A DNA stretch of 64,000 nt, taken from the NCBI GenBank assembly GCA_003344405.1, contig NOWV01000030.1, forward strand, positions 124,001-188,000. The letters are read 5' to 3'. Shown here piece by piece: positions 42,318 to 53,900 of this stretch. The translations under genes and the position numbers were made by a program. Each line of letters begins with the position of its first letter. Position 1 is the first letter of the stretch. The notes under the pieces are model-generated. The model had not been told where the DNA came from. It saw nothing but the letters and a program-made list of their open reading frames with translations, and searched no databases. This DNA comes from Trichoplax sp. H2. Its lineage: Eukaryota.

Positions 42318-42899
42318 TCAAAAAATTTTCAACTGTGAAAAAAAAAGTAACGGCGGAAAAAATGATTTGGCGTATCTACTGTAACGTACGAAAGCAGCGG
42401 TATCCAATCTAGAATGAGGTGACGGAGGATTTCAAACTACTTTTTATTACTGTAGTTACCGTGTACTGTATTGCAAAACACGACCAGTAAAATTTCGCCA
42501 ATACAGTACTGTACAGTTATGATGGCTATAATAATAGAAAACAATTCCTAAAAAATGATCCAAGTAACAAACACAGCTAATTGCACTGTCGAATTTGGCA
42601 AACAATGTCACGCATGCGTTACAAAATCGGATTTTCGATCCAGATTGATTTTTAGAGCTCAATTTGGAGCTGAAATGAGCTATTGGAGCAATTATTTTCC
42701 CAAATATTATCTCCCTTTTCAAAAGTAGTCATAGCTTGATAATCACTAGGTATATCAGTATCCTATTTAGATGTAGTATGACAATGATTATCAATGGTCT
42801 CAAATCTACATTCATTTTGGATATATACCCATTTTTTTAATTTATTGACAATTTCGAATTATCAAATTATTTGCAAATCGAGAGCCATCTTCTCAAATT

Positions 42900-43530
42900 A
42901 CCCGGTAACAATCTCCTCAATGTACATTGTACAGTACGGTAGAGTACTTATATTATCCTTTTACTTTCTATATACTGTAGTGTACTGGTGTACTGTACAG
43001 CCGTATACGATGTGCTTTATTGTCCAGTCCAGTTACGGTACGGTACAGTATGGTACCGCAGTGTTATTACACTTTCAACTTGGCTTCCACAGTACAGTAC
43101 AGTACATTGTACAATACAAAACAATACGGTACAAAGGCATCTAGCACTGTACTGTACTGTACTGTTATGAACTTCTAGAAATTACTAGTACAGTACATAC
43201 TGTATAATGTACTGTACTGTACAGTACATGAAGCATTTAAAAAGAAAGGAAAATCGTACAGTACTGTACTGTACATGTACAGTACTGTACACATGTACTG
43301 TACTGTATTCTCTCCACAGCACTCTACGCTACAGTACAGTACTGTAGAACTCTCCGTCCAACAAGGGCTTTACTGTACCATACCGTACCGTACCGTACCG
43401 AGATCATTTCACAGAGAGTGACTCACTAGTACAACAGTGTCAGCAGTGCCTTGCAAAACAGTTCGCTAGTTGAACGATGTACGTCAAAATACCACTCTAC
43501 GTACAGTATACTGACTATACAGTATAGGCC
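42900..43530. repeat. CAGTA/TACTG pentamer-rich, palindrome-forming low-complexity field
   Basis: Dense runs such as 'tactgtactgtactgt', 'cagtacagtacagtac', 'gtacagtactgtac' and 'taccgtaccgtaccg' in both orientations. Confidence 0.9.
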
Positions 43531-43895
43531 ATATATGAACATAACTTGTCCCTTTCACATGACTCACGATAGGAGTACTCCACCCCAAAAATGTGTCTGA
43601 TTTGTCCTTTTTGGGGGGAAAAAAGGAGCGCAAATGAATCTTATTATACTGTACGCTTATAGTATGCAATGATCGTAGATGGAGTAGATACTATTTCATG
43701 TTCTAAGCACCTTTTGCACCAGCTAACACCAGCAAAATAGCTGGATGCTAGACGTAAGAATCTGAAGCTACCCTACTTACTGTACAGTGTACAGTACACA
43801 AACTAGACATTTCATTTTAAACTCTAGCCAGTGTTTTTTTCAACTTCATGATTACACGCTCAAGCTAAAGCTTGCACGCATCATCAATCGTCGTT

Positions 43896-44403
43896 AAAAC
43901 TTTTCATAATGATGCATATTCAAGACAGTATTAGGCATATTTCAACTGTATTCATACTGTACTGCTAATGCAAATGCTTAGTGTGAATAAAATCCCAAAT
44001 TCTTACAATAACTAATTTATTTTTTAAACTTTTCATAGTGATGCATATTCAAGACAGTATTAGGCATATTTCAACTGTATTCATACTGTACTGCTAATGC
44101 AAATGCTTAGTGTGAATAAAATCCCAAATTCTTACAATAACTAATTTATTTTTTAAACTTTTCATAGTGATGCATATTCAAGACAGTATTAGGCATATTT
44201 CAACTGTATTCATACTGTACTGCTAATACAAATGCTTAGTGTGAATAAAATCCCAAATTCTTACAATAACTAATTTATTTTTTAAACTTTTCATAATGAT
44301 GCATATTCAAGACAGTATTAGGCATATTCAACTGTATTCATACTGTACTGCTAGTACAAATGCTTAGTGTGAATAAAATCCCAAATTCTTACAATAACTA
44401 ATT
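43896..44403. repeat. Near-perfect tandem array, about 3.9 copies of 129 bp
   Basis: 'aaacttttcata.tgatgcatattcaagacagtattaggcatatttcaactgtattcatactgtactgc…' with the anchor C at 43900, 44029, 44158 and 44287. Confidence 0.97.
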
Positions 44404-45084
44404 TCAGGAAAAAATGCTGCAAGCAGGCAACAGTTCATTGTTTATATCATAGCTAGCAATGAATACTTTATTCAGCTAATATGGAAACATAATCGTAAGG
44501 CGCTCTTCAAAAGCTATTATTAAAAAAGATTAAAACATTTCATAATATTTTCATTAAATTAAAGTTTTCTATGCACGAACCAATTTGAATTGTTAGCAGG
44601 GGTAAGCATTACTAATATCCATAGATATACTCTATAAGTATTGTCATATAAATCTCAGTGCGTTTTCCAATTTATACTCGATATTATATCAAAGTTATGA
44701 GCAAAGCTTTCACTATATTTAACTTGCTGGTGAAAAATAATTGCCAATCACTATCATGCCTACTAATAGTATAAGCAACTCAACGTACAGCAGCAAAATG
44801 GATCGTTTGAGAATAACAAGATTTAGCTTCGAAATGCACAATATTGAAGCCCAAGCGAATAAATTAAGTTTAAATAGTTTAAAAATGCTGGAATATGATC
44901 AGTCTTAAAAAAAAACTATTATCCTAAAAGGAAATGCTGATTACTAATAATATTCGAGCTATAACATTAATTTGAGTCATCTTCCCAATTTATATAAAAT
45001 AAGTCAGCACCCGTGTACAGTTCGAATGTACGCGTACGCGTATGTAACATTTATGGAAGGTGATATTAAAAAAAAGGTAATAAA

Positions 45085-48000
45085 CTACTTTCGAAAGGCT
45101 TTGCTGACAATGGGTTTGTTTCCCAATATTTCATCGATAGAATGCATCATGGAATGATCCAATTTTGGTAATATCTAAGTAACGTAAATAATGATAAAGA
45201 ACAACATTCACCATTTTTTTGCTAATTTAAAATGCTAACTGATATGTCAATACAGGCTTACCGCTATTGCCGTGATGTTCTCTTTCAACTGATGAGAATT
45301 TTTAGCCCCTAAAAGCACGCAGTTCGCACGATCATTCTTTAAACACCAAGCAATAGCCAATTGGCATAGTGTACAATCTATTCGATCGGCGATAATTTGT
45401 AGTTCCTTTAATTTAGCTTGCATCCGTCTACCTTCTTCACTTTGAATTTTTTCTCTCCACCAATCGAAATTCTAACATATACAAGATATTAAAGTAAAAT
45501 CAAAGAGGGCTTTGTTGGGAAATAGTCGTGTATAGATTTTGCATGAACTTATTATTGATACTAATTTCATGAACGATACCGACACTCAATGACGCTCGAG
45601 AATCTTCCGGTATTGTGTCATCCATGTACTTTCCACTAAGTACACCACCAGCTAATGGTGACCATGTAACCGCACCTACACCTGAATGATGGGTTCTAAG
45701 ATTAAATAATTATTTACAGATGTCATATTATGATGAATTAACAGAGCTTACCACATTTATCGTATAAATTTTTTTTAACTGCCTCCATCTGCTCACGACA
45801 CATGAAGTGATACCTGCGGGTAAAATATGATGATAATTGTGTATATAAGGCACGAGTCAATTAAGAGAAAGTGATACTTTTATACATTACTAACTCTGCT
45901 TGAATCGCAGTAGGGGGAATCAAATTATATTGTCTCGCCACGGCATATGCTTCCTAAAAAAGAAATTGTAATATCTTCTATGAATGAAATGGATATTAAT
46001 AAAGTAGCAATGTTCTGTAATAAAAGGACTAACCATAACGTCAGCTTCAGTCCATTGCGATACCCCCCAATAAAATGCCAAACCTATGAAAAACATTATT
46101 TAGAGTAAAAACATAAGATTGTGGATAAAAATTCTTGATAGGAAAATTTTTCTTCCATGAATGTACCTTGATTTATCACAAAAGTGAACGCCCGAACAAT
46201 TTCTAAGGTGATAAATACGCGCATGTAAATTATTCAATACATCAAGATTAGAAACAAATCAGTTGATCTGTAGGCTACAATAAGAAGGTCTAATATATGC
46301 CTTTATAATATCTTTACCTTCCATTGGTGTCGTAGAATCGGGCCTATTTGCAAAAACAATATCCACGTATTCTAATTGTAAGCGATGTAGCGAGGCTTTT
46401 AGACCTAAAAGACGAAAAGAAACACAGTAGATTAGTATGAAAATACTGAACAAAGGCAAACACTATCTGTAGCTGCTGGAGAAAAACTTTTTATTTTGTA
46501 AAATCGATGGAGGATTAATAGCTACGCACGGGGATTGCCGTTGCACTTAATCACTTTGATAATGGATAAGATTATAATAAATACCTTCTATAATATGCTT
46601 TCTAGACAGGCCTTGCTCATTTTCCCCTCTAACGACAGACAGTAACAGAAATTACATTGTACACGCTTTATTAACTTTAACTTTTAATAAATCCAAATTG
46701 CAACCTTCCTCCCCAAAAGATCTTTGTACTTATGACCAAGGTCGAGCGCCTGTATATAGTAAGAAGTAACAACCAATCAATCATTAATTCTATTTGATAT
46801 TTTCTATTTATATTATAATTTACATAATGTACTACTGTCGGTATATGGCAAATGTGGTTTTTCTCTCATGCTTTGAAATTTAAGTGGTAAAGAATGTAGC
46901 TATTCTTACTTGATACTACAATATCGTTATGACCAATTTGTATTAAAAAATCCATGAAATTTTTATTCAGCTGTTTCTAACTATCAACTTTGGCAACTAT
47001 GAATGAACTATAGATTACAGATAGCAATCTCAATCCTTTACCTCCATTGCTTCTTCCGTAATACCTGACCTAACACAATTTCAGCTCTGCCAACAAGAAA
47101 AGAAGTATGATTGTTAGCTTTACATGCTTATTCATGACTACTAATCATAAAGTGTATGATGTAATTATAATACAACATCTACGTTGTTACAAGATAAAAA
47201 TGACTGTGTAGTGTATATTTAGTGTATCCCTTAGTGCATAGTATTACGTGTCAAGATAAATGAAAATAGTACAACTACGTGCAGAGCAGTAAACAACTAA
47301 AATTTTACTTTGTCATACGGCTAAATTTTAAGCTATCTAGAATAGAATATATAGCACATCTTACTTTCCACCAGCGTATACTTCAGCTGTGTCGAAGAAA
47401 TTGATACCATTTTCATATGCGACCGTAATTAATTCTTCAGCATGCTTATCAGTGAGATCAATAGTAATACTTAATATAGCCATATTAAATGAATAAGTTG
47501 ACATCGCTGATAATGATACTATTGATTAGATCAAATTATCTTGGATAAATAGCGGAATATTAAAAAATTTATGATTTTATGAAATTATTTAGTTATACAA
47601 TATTATACTTTGTCGGAAACTTGAGATCCGAATGTTACCCACGTTCCTGCAATTATAAAAATCATGATAAAGTATGAGTATACTGCTTTGATTAGATGAT
47701 TAAATTAGTGCTGCAAGCTATAGGGAAGACTGAGAGAGCAGAGATTCTATTTTGCTCCGCATTGATTTTAGATCGAAGAATTTTTCAACTTGTACGTTTG
47801 GTTGCAACGCAGAGCCACAGTGACGCAAGCTTGCATGCAATAAGATAAAATGAGGATTGCAATTCATAATAAATATATATTATAATTTAAGAGAGAGAGT
47901 TTCAGTATCATGGCACACTCAATATATGGAAATTCAGTAATTCATGAGTTTACTAAGGTCCATTCTTTACAGGTTTACTGCTCTTTTGTTGATTACAAAC

Positions 48001-49071
48001 AAGTGAAGTTTATACTACAAATTGAAGTATTTTAAGGACAAAATGATGGATACTGTACGAAGTAGCTCGAACAAATTGATGGCTGCAGCATGTAGCCTTA
48101 AGGATAAATGTTGTATTGCATATAACAACACAGCAACGGCATTCCATTTATGATACGTTTTCATCATGCAGTACAATTGATCATATTAATTAATGCGTAG
48201 TACGTATTATTACCGAATCCCAGAGCAGAGACTCGGAGACCTGATTTTCCCAAATTTCTAAAATATTAAAGTTAGAACAGGATTAGTAGATAATAGGGTG
48301 TAAAATGAATGTAATTGTTATAATGAACTGAGTTACATCAAGTAATGCGTATATGCAAATATGGCTGAGACTATAACGACCCTATAAGCAAGTATTGGGC
48401 GATGAGGCGAATTCACTTTAATTGATAGTCCAGAATTGAATGATCGTTTTTAATTCATATACGTATTCTACCAAGATCTCCAGCTGCAGTTGCAGTACGA
48501 TTACGTGGCTACTGTATTGCAAGAATTTTACTGATTCAATACAACAACTATGCGATGGTCGCTTCAGCAAAGCATTTGTATGACTATACTGTAGACTACT
48601 AAACTCCTATTCCTTCATTCAATAGTCCATCGTGTAGTGGCACTGTGCAGTAAGATTAGCCTGGTTGGATAACGTTCTTGCAGAAGCATAGTGAAAGGTT
48701 GAAAGCAGGCTAGATGTGAAGTAATCAGCTTTTTTAATTCTGAATTGCTGTATAGCCTATACAATATGATTATTTGTTCTTTCTTTCGAGTCGATTCAAA
48801 TATTCGACGCTGAAACGAAATATACGTTATCATACAAGTGGAGCTGTAGGCACGAGTAGAATGTTCAATCACATGCAAAACATTATGGCAATCGCTCTTT
48901 ACAGCACATTACTCTCTTTTAAAGTCGTTTTATAGCGATGGAAAGGTGTTGCCGTTCTCCACAAATCACCCATTCATAGATATTATTATTATTATTATTG
49001 TTGTTGCACTGCATGAGTATGCAAGAATGACAGGTTTTACAGTTGTGTTAGCGAACTTGCCTGTATAACAT
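45085..49071 (-). CDS. KCNAB: Voltage-gated K+ channel beta subunit (AKR6A aldo-keto reductase), 15 coding exons
   Basis: Exons read MLYR / [14 protein letters not shown] / [13 protein letters not shown] / [27 protein letters not shown] / [15 protein letters not shown] / [14 protein letters not shown] / [13 protein letters not shown] / [29 protein letters not shown] / [13 protein letters not shown] / [10 protein letters not shown] / [14 protein letters not shown] / YHFMCRE / [13 protein letters not shown] / [18 protein letters not shown]…QLAIAWCL / ILPKL…GNKP…RK*. The catalytic D, Y, K and N residues are retained. The start site is less certain than the body. Confidence 0.94.
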
Positions 49072-49476
49072 ATTTACCGTTGGACGCAACCTGATGAATG
49101 GGAAGAAGAGACTGAAATAAGATTGAACAATTTGATGGTCATTCAGTTGGAGAGGGAATAACTGGATAACATTTTAAAATGCAATAGGTGAAATGAGAAA
49201 GCGAGACCGACCTTGTTTTGCAGGATTGCCAAGTACTGCGATTGGGTGATGTTTTATTGAATAAGGTCCCCCACCGGTGGAGCGTTTTGACACAAAGCCT
49301 GCTGCACACTGCACAGTACTGTCTAGTGGTACACTCAGGACAGTATCCGCGGTTATCATGGTGACCACGACGGATCCACGACTTGTCACCGAGGTCAGGC
49401 ACACTTTCACCGGCATGCAGAGTACAGTACAACGTCCACGCCCGTATTCATCGGACGGACGGATATGGTACAGCAC

Positions 49477-49560
49477 TGTGCGTCAATGACGAGCCTTGTT
49501 TTACGGTGTACAGTACACCTGATTGATGAAATTATTCCATGCTGCTACTGAGTGTGCACA
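49477..49560 (+). ncRNA. Candidate C/D-box snoRNA, copy 1; predicted 18S rRNA 2'-O-methylation guide
   Basis: Box C-like ATGACGA at 49486-49492, D' CTGA at 49519-49522, C' TGATGA at 49524-49529, D CTGA at 49548-49551. A 7-bp terminal stem pairs tgtgcgt with gtgcaca. ATTATTCCATGCT (49531-49543) is complementary to the conserved 18S segment AGCAUGGAAUAAU. Confidence 0.55.
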
Positions 49561-49616
49561 TCGTTGCAAGGGTCTTACCACGCCCATATCCGACGGACGG
49601 GCGGACGGTACAGCAC

Positions 49617-49712
49617 TGCGCGTCAATGACGAGCCTTGTTTTACAGTGTACTGTACTGTGCAGTGTGCACCTGATTGATGAAATTATTCAATGCTGCTAC
49701 TGAGTGTGCACA
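49617..49712 (+). ncRNA. Candidate C/D-box snoRNA, copy 2 (guide mismatch, possibly degenerate)
   Basis: Same boxes (C 49626-49632, D' 49671-49674, C' 49676-49681, D 49700-49703). The guide reads ATTATTCAATGCT, with a C>A change at 49690, and there is a 12-nt pentamer-type insertion. Confidence 0.35.
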
Positions 49713-49954
49713 TCGCTGTAAGGGTCTTACCACCGCACACTAGGGCACAAATGCTTTCAGTGAAGAGTAAAAATAGTGTGGAAAATACTGTAGGGTACTG
49801 TAAAGTAAGTAGTCACCACCGTGCTTTTGTTGACTGTTTGACTCAATCGAGTTGGATGTGCATGACAGGTTTACTGGGCCCACAGCAAAGCCATGTTGGA
49901 GTTGAGTCATGGTTCAGTCCGTTACAGCTCGTGAAAGCGGACTGCTGAAGTGCA

Positions 49955-50220
49955 ATTGTTACAGTACAGTACAGTACCGTACAGTCCTACAGTATAAAAG
50001 AGAAGATCGCTAAAAAAAGTCTTGACAGACTGTACACTGTACACTGTACAGTACAGTACAGTACAGTTCAGACCAGGGTCCGGACCAAAGCATGAAGACC
50101 TCGAACTACAGTACAGACGGTCAATTACTGTACAGTACAGTACTGTACTGTACTGTAAAAGAAAGGAGATCGAGAAACGTACAGTACCGTACTGTCGGTT
50201 TTCCTCTAGTACAGTACTCA
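49955..50220. repeat. CAGTA/TACTG pentamer-rich field
   Basis: Runs such as 'acagtacagtacagtaccgtacagt' and 'tgtacagtacagtactgtactgtactgta'. Confidence 0.85.
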
Positions 50221-50715
50221 GGTCGAATCAGTCAGTATTAATCGAGTTCTCAGATCCAATCTAGTCCTCGACTGTTACTGTTGGTGTGCGTCCAAATCAG
50301 AGCACAGACCAACACCGACTGGAGTGGACTACTCAGGTCGAGTCTAGTCCTCGACTGTTACTGTTGGAGTGGTGGTGCGTGTAAATCAGAGCACAGACGG
50401 ACAGACCAAGACTGACTGGAGTGGACCTACTCAGGTCTAGTCCTCGACTGTTACTGGTTGGTGCGTCCAAATCAGAGCACAGACGGACAGACCCATACTG
50501 ACTGGAGTGGACCTACTCCGGTCTAGTCCTCGAGTGTTACTGTTGGTGCGTCCAAACCAGAGCACAGACGGATAGATCAACACTGACTGTCAAGCCAAAG
50601 CACAGACGGACAGACCAAGACTGACTGGAGTGGACTACTCAGGTCCAATCTAGTCCTCGATTGTTCCTGTTGGTGCGTCCAAACCAGAGCACAGACCAAC
50701 ACTGACTGGACGGGA
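50215..50715. repeat. GC-richer minisatellite, about 5 units of ~85-120 bp
   Basis: The unit 'actcaggtc…tagtcctcgactgttactgttggtgcgtccaaatcagagcacagacggacagaccaagactgactggagtggac' repeats. Confidence 0.92.
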
Positions 50716-50901
50716 CACAGATTCCACTACAGTACAGCAGTCGAGTACAGTACAGTGCGCTCAAGGCTGTATACAGTACAATATACTGTAGTCGAATTGA
50801 CTGTTTCAACGAGGAGTGTTGCTTACTTTGCCGTTTATGATTGCTGTTGCTTATTTCTACTGTACAAAAACTAGCAGATGAGACAAAAGTGAATAATGAA
50901 C

Positions 50902-53900
50902 ATGTCGCAGGTAAATTTGGATTCATCTGCTAGGGATTGCATCCAATATGATCGCAAGGCGATGACCTCCATTCTAGTCGAACTTTAATGTATGAAAAAA
51001 AAAAAATTGCCTGATTTTATTGTTGTTGTTGTATCGTGCTTGTTGTAGGCAAATGTATCTGAGACTTCGATGACTTTCGGCCCGGAATGGTAAGTCTGTA
51101 TTGATTGCGTAGCGTAGGTCAATGAGCAAGCACAAAATTGTCAAAATCCCATGCCTAGTTCAACACCAATACTATCTACTGTTAACAGTCGAGCACAACA
51201 TACTACCATAATAGGAAATCATCCGCACAACATTGCATCGCCAAGCAAGCATCCTGATTTGTTGTCAAAGGTCGCCACTACACTGTAGTATTGACTTGAG
51301 AACAGAGCGCTACAATGTAAGCAACCACGGTACCGTTCATCATGTGTCCATCATTGGACGACTTTTCCATGCTGATCATAACTGGATCCTCAGCAAAGTA
51401 TTTCATTCACTCACTTTGGTACCCCCCCCGATTGAAGATCATCAGCTTTCAATTTTAGTATTGACATCATGGAACCGATACTGCTTCATCAACAAACTTG
51501 CTGTCGAGATGAATAGACGCATGGACTAGATGTGTTGTCCAATAACACTGGTCTACTACCGTACGGCTTCCATAAATCGAGCGAAATGACTCCATGAACC
51601 ATGTCAATACAGTACGAGAACATGGCATGTTGTTCTACAATTAGTGTATACTTACATCGTACTCCAGTGACTAGCATTTAAAGCAACCATACAGTCGTAA
51701 GATATTTGGCGCACTATGCATAACAGCAGTCCTTAATAAAGTAGCATTCGACTCAACCTTCCTTGCTAACTCGTTCCATTCCATTTTACTTGGAATATCA
51801 AAAATAAAAGCCAAACTTTGTACAATCGTAGCGATCCAAGCCTATTCAAGGTGATCGGCACACGATTAAACAGTTTCCTGATTTCCATCGTTGCTCCTTT
51901 TAGTTTACACTCGATCCTACGTTGTTTACAGTACTATAGACAAGACTTGCTGTTAACAAGCCGACTTGAAGGATAGCGTTTTGGTACTGATACTGTCCAG
52001 GTGTAGAATAGACTAGACTGATGAACTTTTTCCTGTCCCACGTCCATACTCTCTACCCTTGTAACATAGTTTCCATACCCTGATTACAGCCTAGTGTAGC
52101 CCTAGACGCGATCTCCAAGTACCAGACATTATTCGCACACTGTATCATGTTGTCATCATGCTAGAGCTAAAATGCGCCTTGCAATGCTCATTTTTCAATC
52201 TTTTCCCCTTGAAATCATTTCATTCAGCATTCAATCAAGTTCAATACTGATGATTTAAAGTTATCGTTGTCCTATACCATCCTCGATAATGTACTTCATC
52301 AAGGGAGAGATGTCCGTTGACTGCAGTGCATTCCTGTACGACGCATACGTTGACAAATGCCCTAGAGGTTGTAAGACTGATCGAGTATTAGTCTTTTTTT
52401 TTTCCCCCCTTTGGCTATTATTCAAAATGGATCGTATATCAGTCCCTTGCGATCCACTTTACCTCTCCTTCTACTGTAGTCATCATGCAATTTCAACTCC
52501 ACTGTAAAACTTGGATCTTCCATTGCGTCTTCGTTTCAGCTAGCGTAGGACATTGTTGTTGTTGTCAAAATTGAACGTTGTAAATGGATGGTTGTTAGTC
52601 AAGCCGTTGGGATGAGTGAAATCGGCCATTCCTAACATGGAGTATAAAGTAGATATCCTTGTAAAACGGCGACGTTAAGGTCAATGGATCAGATTTTAGT
52701 ATAAACGACACTGGTTCAATTTAACAATTCTTCTCTTTGCACTTATCCCCACTTGGTACTAGTTTTGAAAACAGTGGTCAATCAAATTAGTTTATGATAA
52801 GCAAAGCGATGCGATGTTGTAAAGCCAAGCGTAAGCAATGGAGAGTCAACAGTCATAAACTTACAGCAATACTGTCCTCCACGTTGAACCGCTATGTAAT
52901 GTGTATAGTAGACGTACTGCAAAAGATCAAACTCTACAATCCTTCCCCAATGAGTCCAATAAATCTTTGCTACTACAGAGATAACAATGGAAAGGAGTTC
53001 ATTTTAGAATATTTTGGGGGTCTCAAACTTGTACAGTGGAAGTTTTATTTACAATGTCACCAATTCCTATCAAAATGTTACTGTATTACAATTTTGCGAC
53101 TTGGCCAGGATATCGCATAGTGACAGTACTGTCCTGGTCCAATCGTAAACTACAAACCAATGAAAACGGATTCTACTGGCAATCTTCTTTGGATAGTCGT
53201 AAATCAATTTCACTATTCTCTTACGCTTCAAAATCGATCCCTTTTAAATCAACGTCAACGGATATTCTACAGTACTCGATACAGCTTGTATATAATGTAC
53301 TATATATTTATCGACAACATATACAATACGCGCTGATGCAATTTTAGACTAATGAAGAAACGTAGTCAAAATCAATTTTGACCGGGGTAGGCCAGGGCTA
53401 TGTATGAACATGTCATGACTCTTTGAAGTTGGCTTTCCATTGGATATCATGGATAAAAATGTTCAGTTGTACATGCAATTACTCACACTACTGTAGCATG
53501 CCATTGTCAATGTCTTGGGCGTTGTTAATCCATTTATCTTTACGCAATATAGATCTTAAGTGTACTTTAGGCTTCATCTTAATCGACATTGTCATTTTTG
53601 TACAAGAATTTTACATCCATTTTTTCCCTCACCGGTAACACAATTAATGAACAATTTTACCTTCCATTCAGTCTTAATCATTTTTGTCTTACAAAGAAAA
53701 AATTGCAAAAGTTAAAAGGTTAAGATAGAGGAATAGAGCGAATGGGTAAAAGTCCTGCATGATGAAAGACAGTGTGATATCAATTTCTTCCTTTGTAGCT
53801 CTCTTTCAAAACTACTTTTCTCCTAATTTTGGCCATTCTACGATACAGTCTTATTCATGAGTTGACATTTTACTACATCGTCTATAATCCTGATAGAAAA

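Larger units (their letters stand above)
49437..49733. repeat. Two-copy tandem duplication, ~142-155 bp, containing the candidate snoRNA
   Basis: 'cacgccc.tat…ggacgg…ggtacagcactg.gcgtcaatgacgagccttgtttta…aagggtcttaccac' occurs twice. Confidence 0.95.

Noticed and set aside
42456..43669. ORFs rich in Y/S/T/V/Q/C (also 50022-50264 and 41232-41513)
   Set aside because: They are translations of CAGTA/TACTG pentamer sequence, which is poor in stop codons.
43896..44403. 129-bp array as a CRISPR array or snoRNA cluster
   Set aside because: The whole unit repeats with no unique spacers, there are no cas genes, and the context is eukaryotic. The RTGATG motif has no partner CTGA box D.
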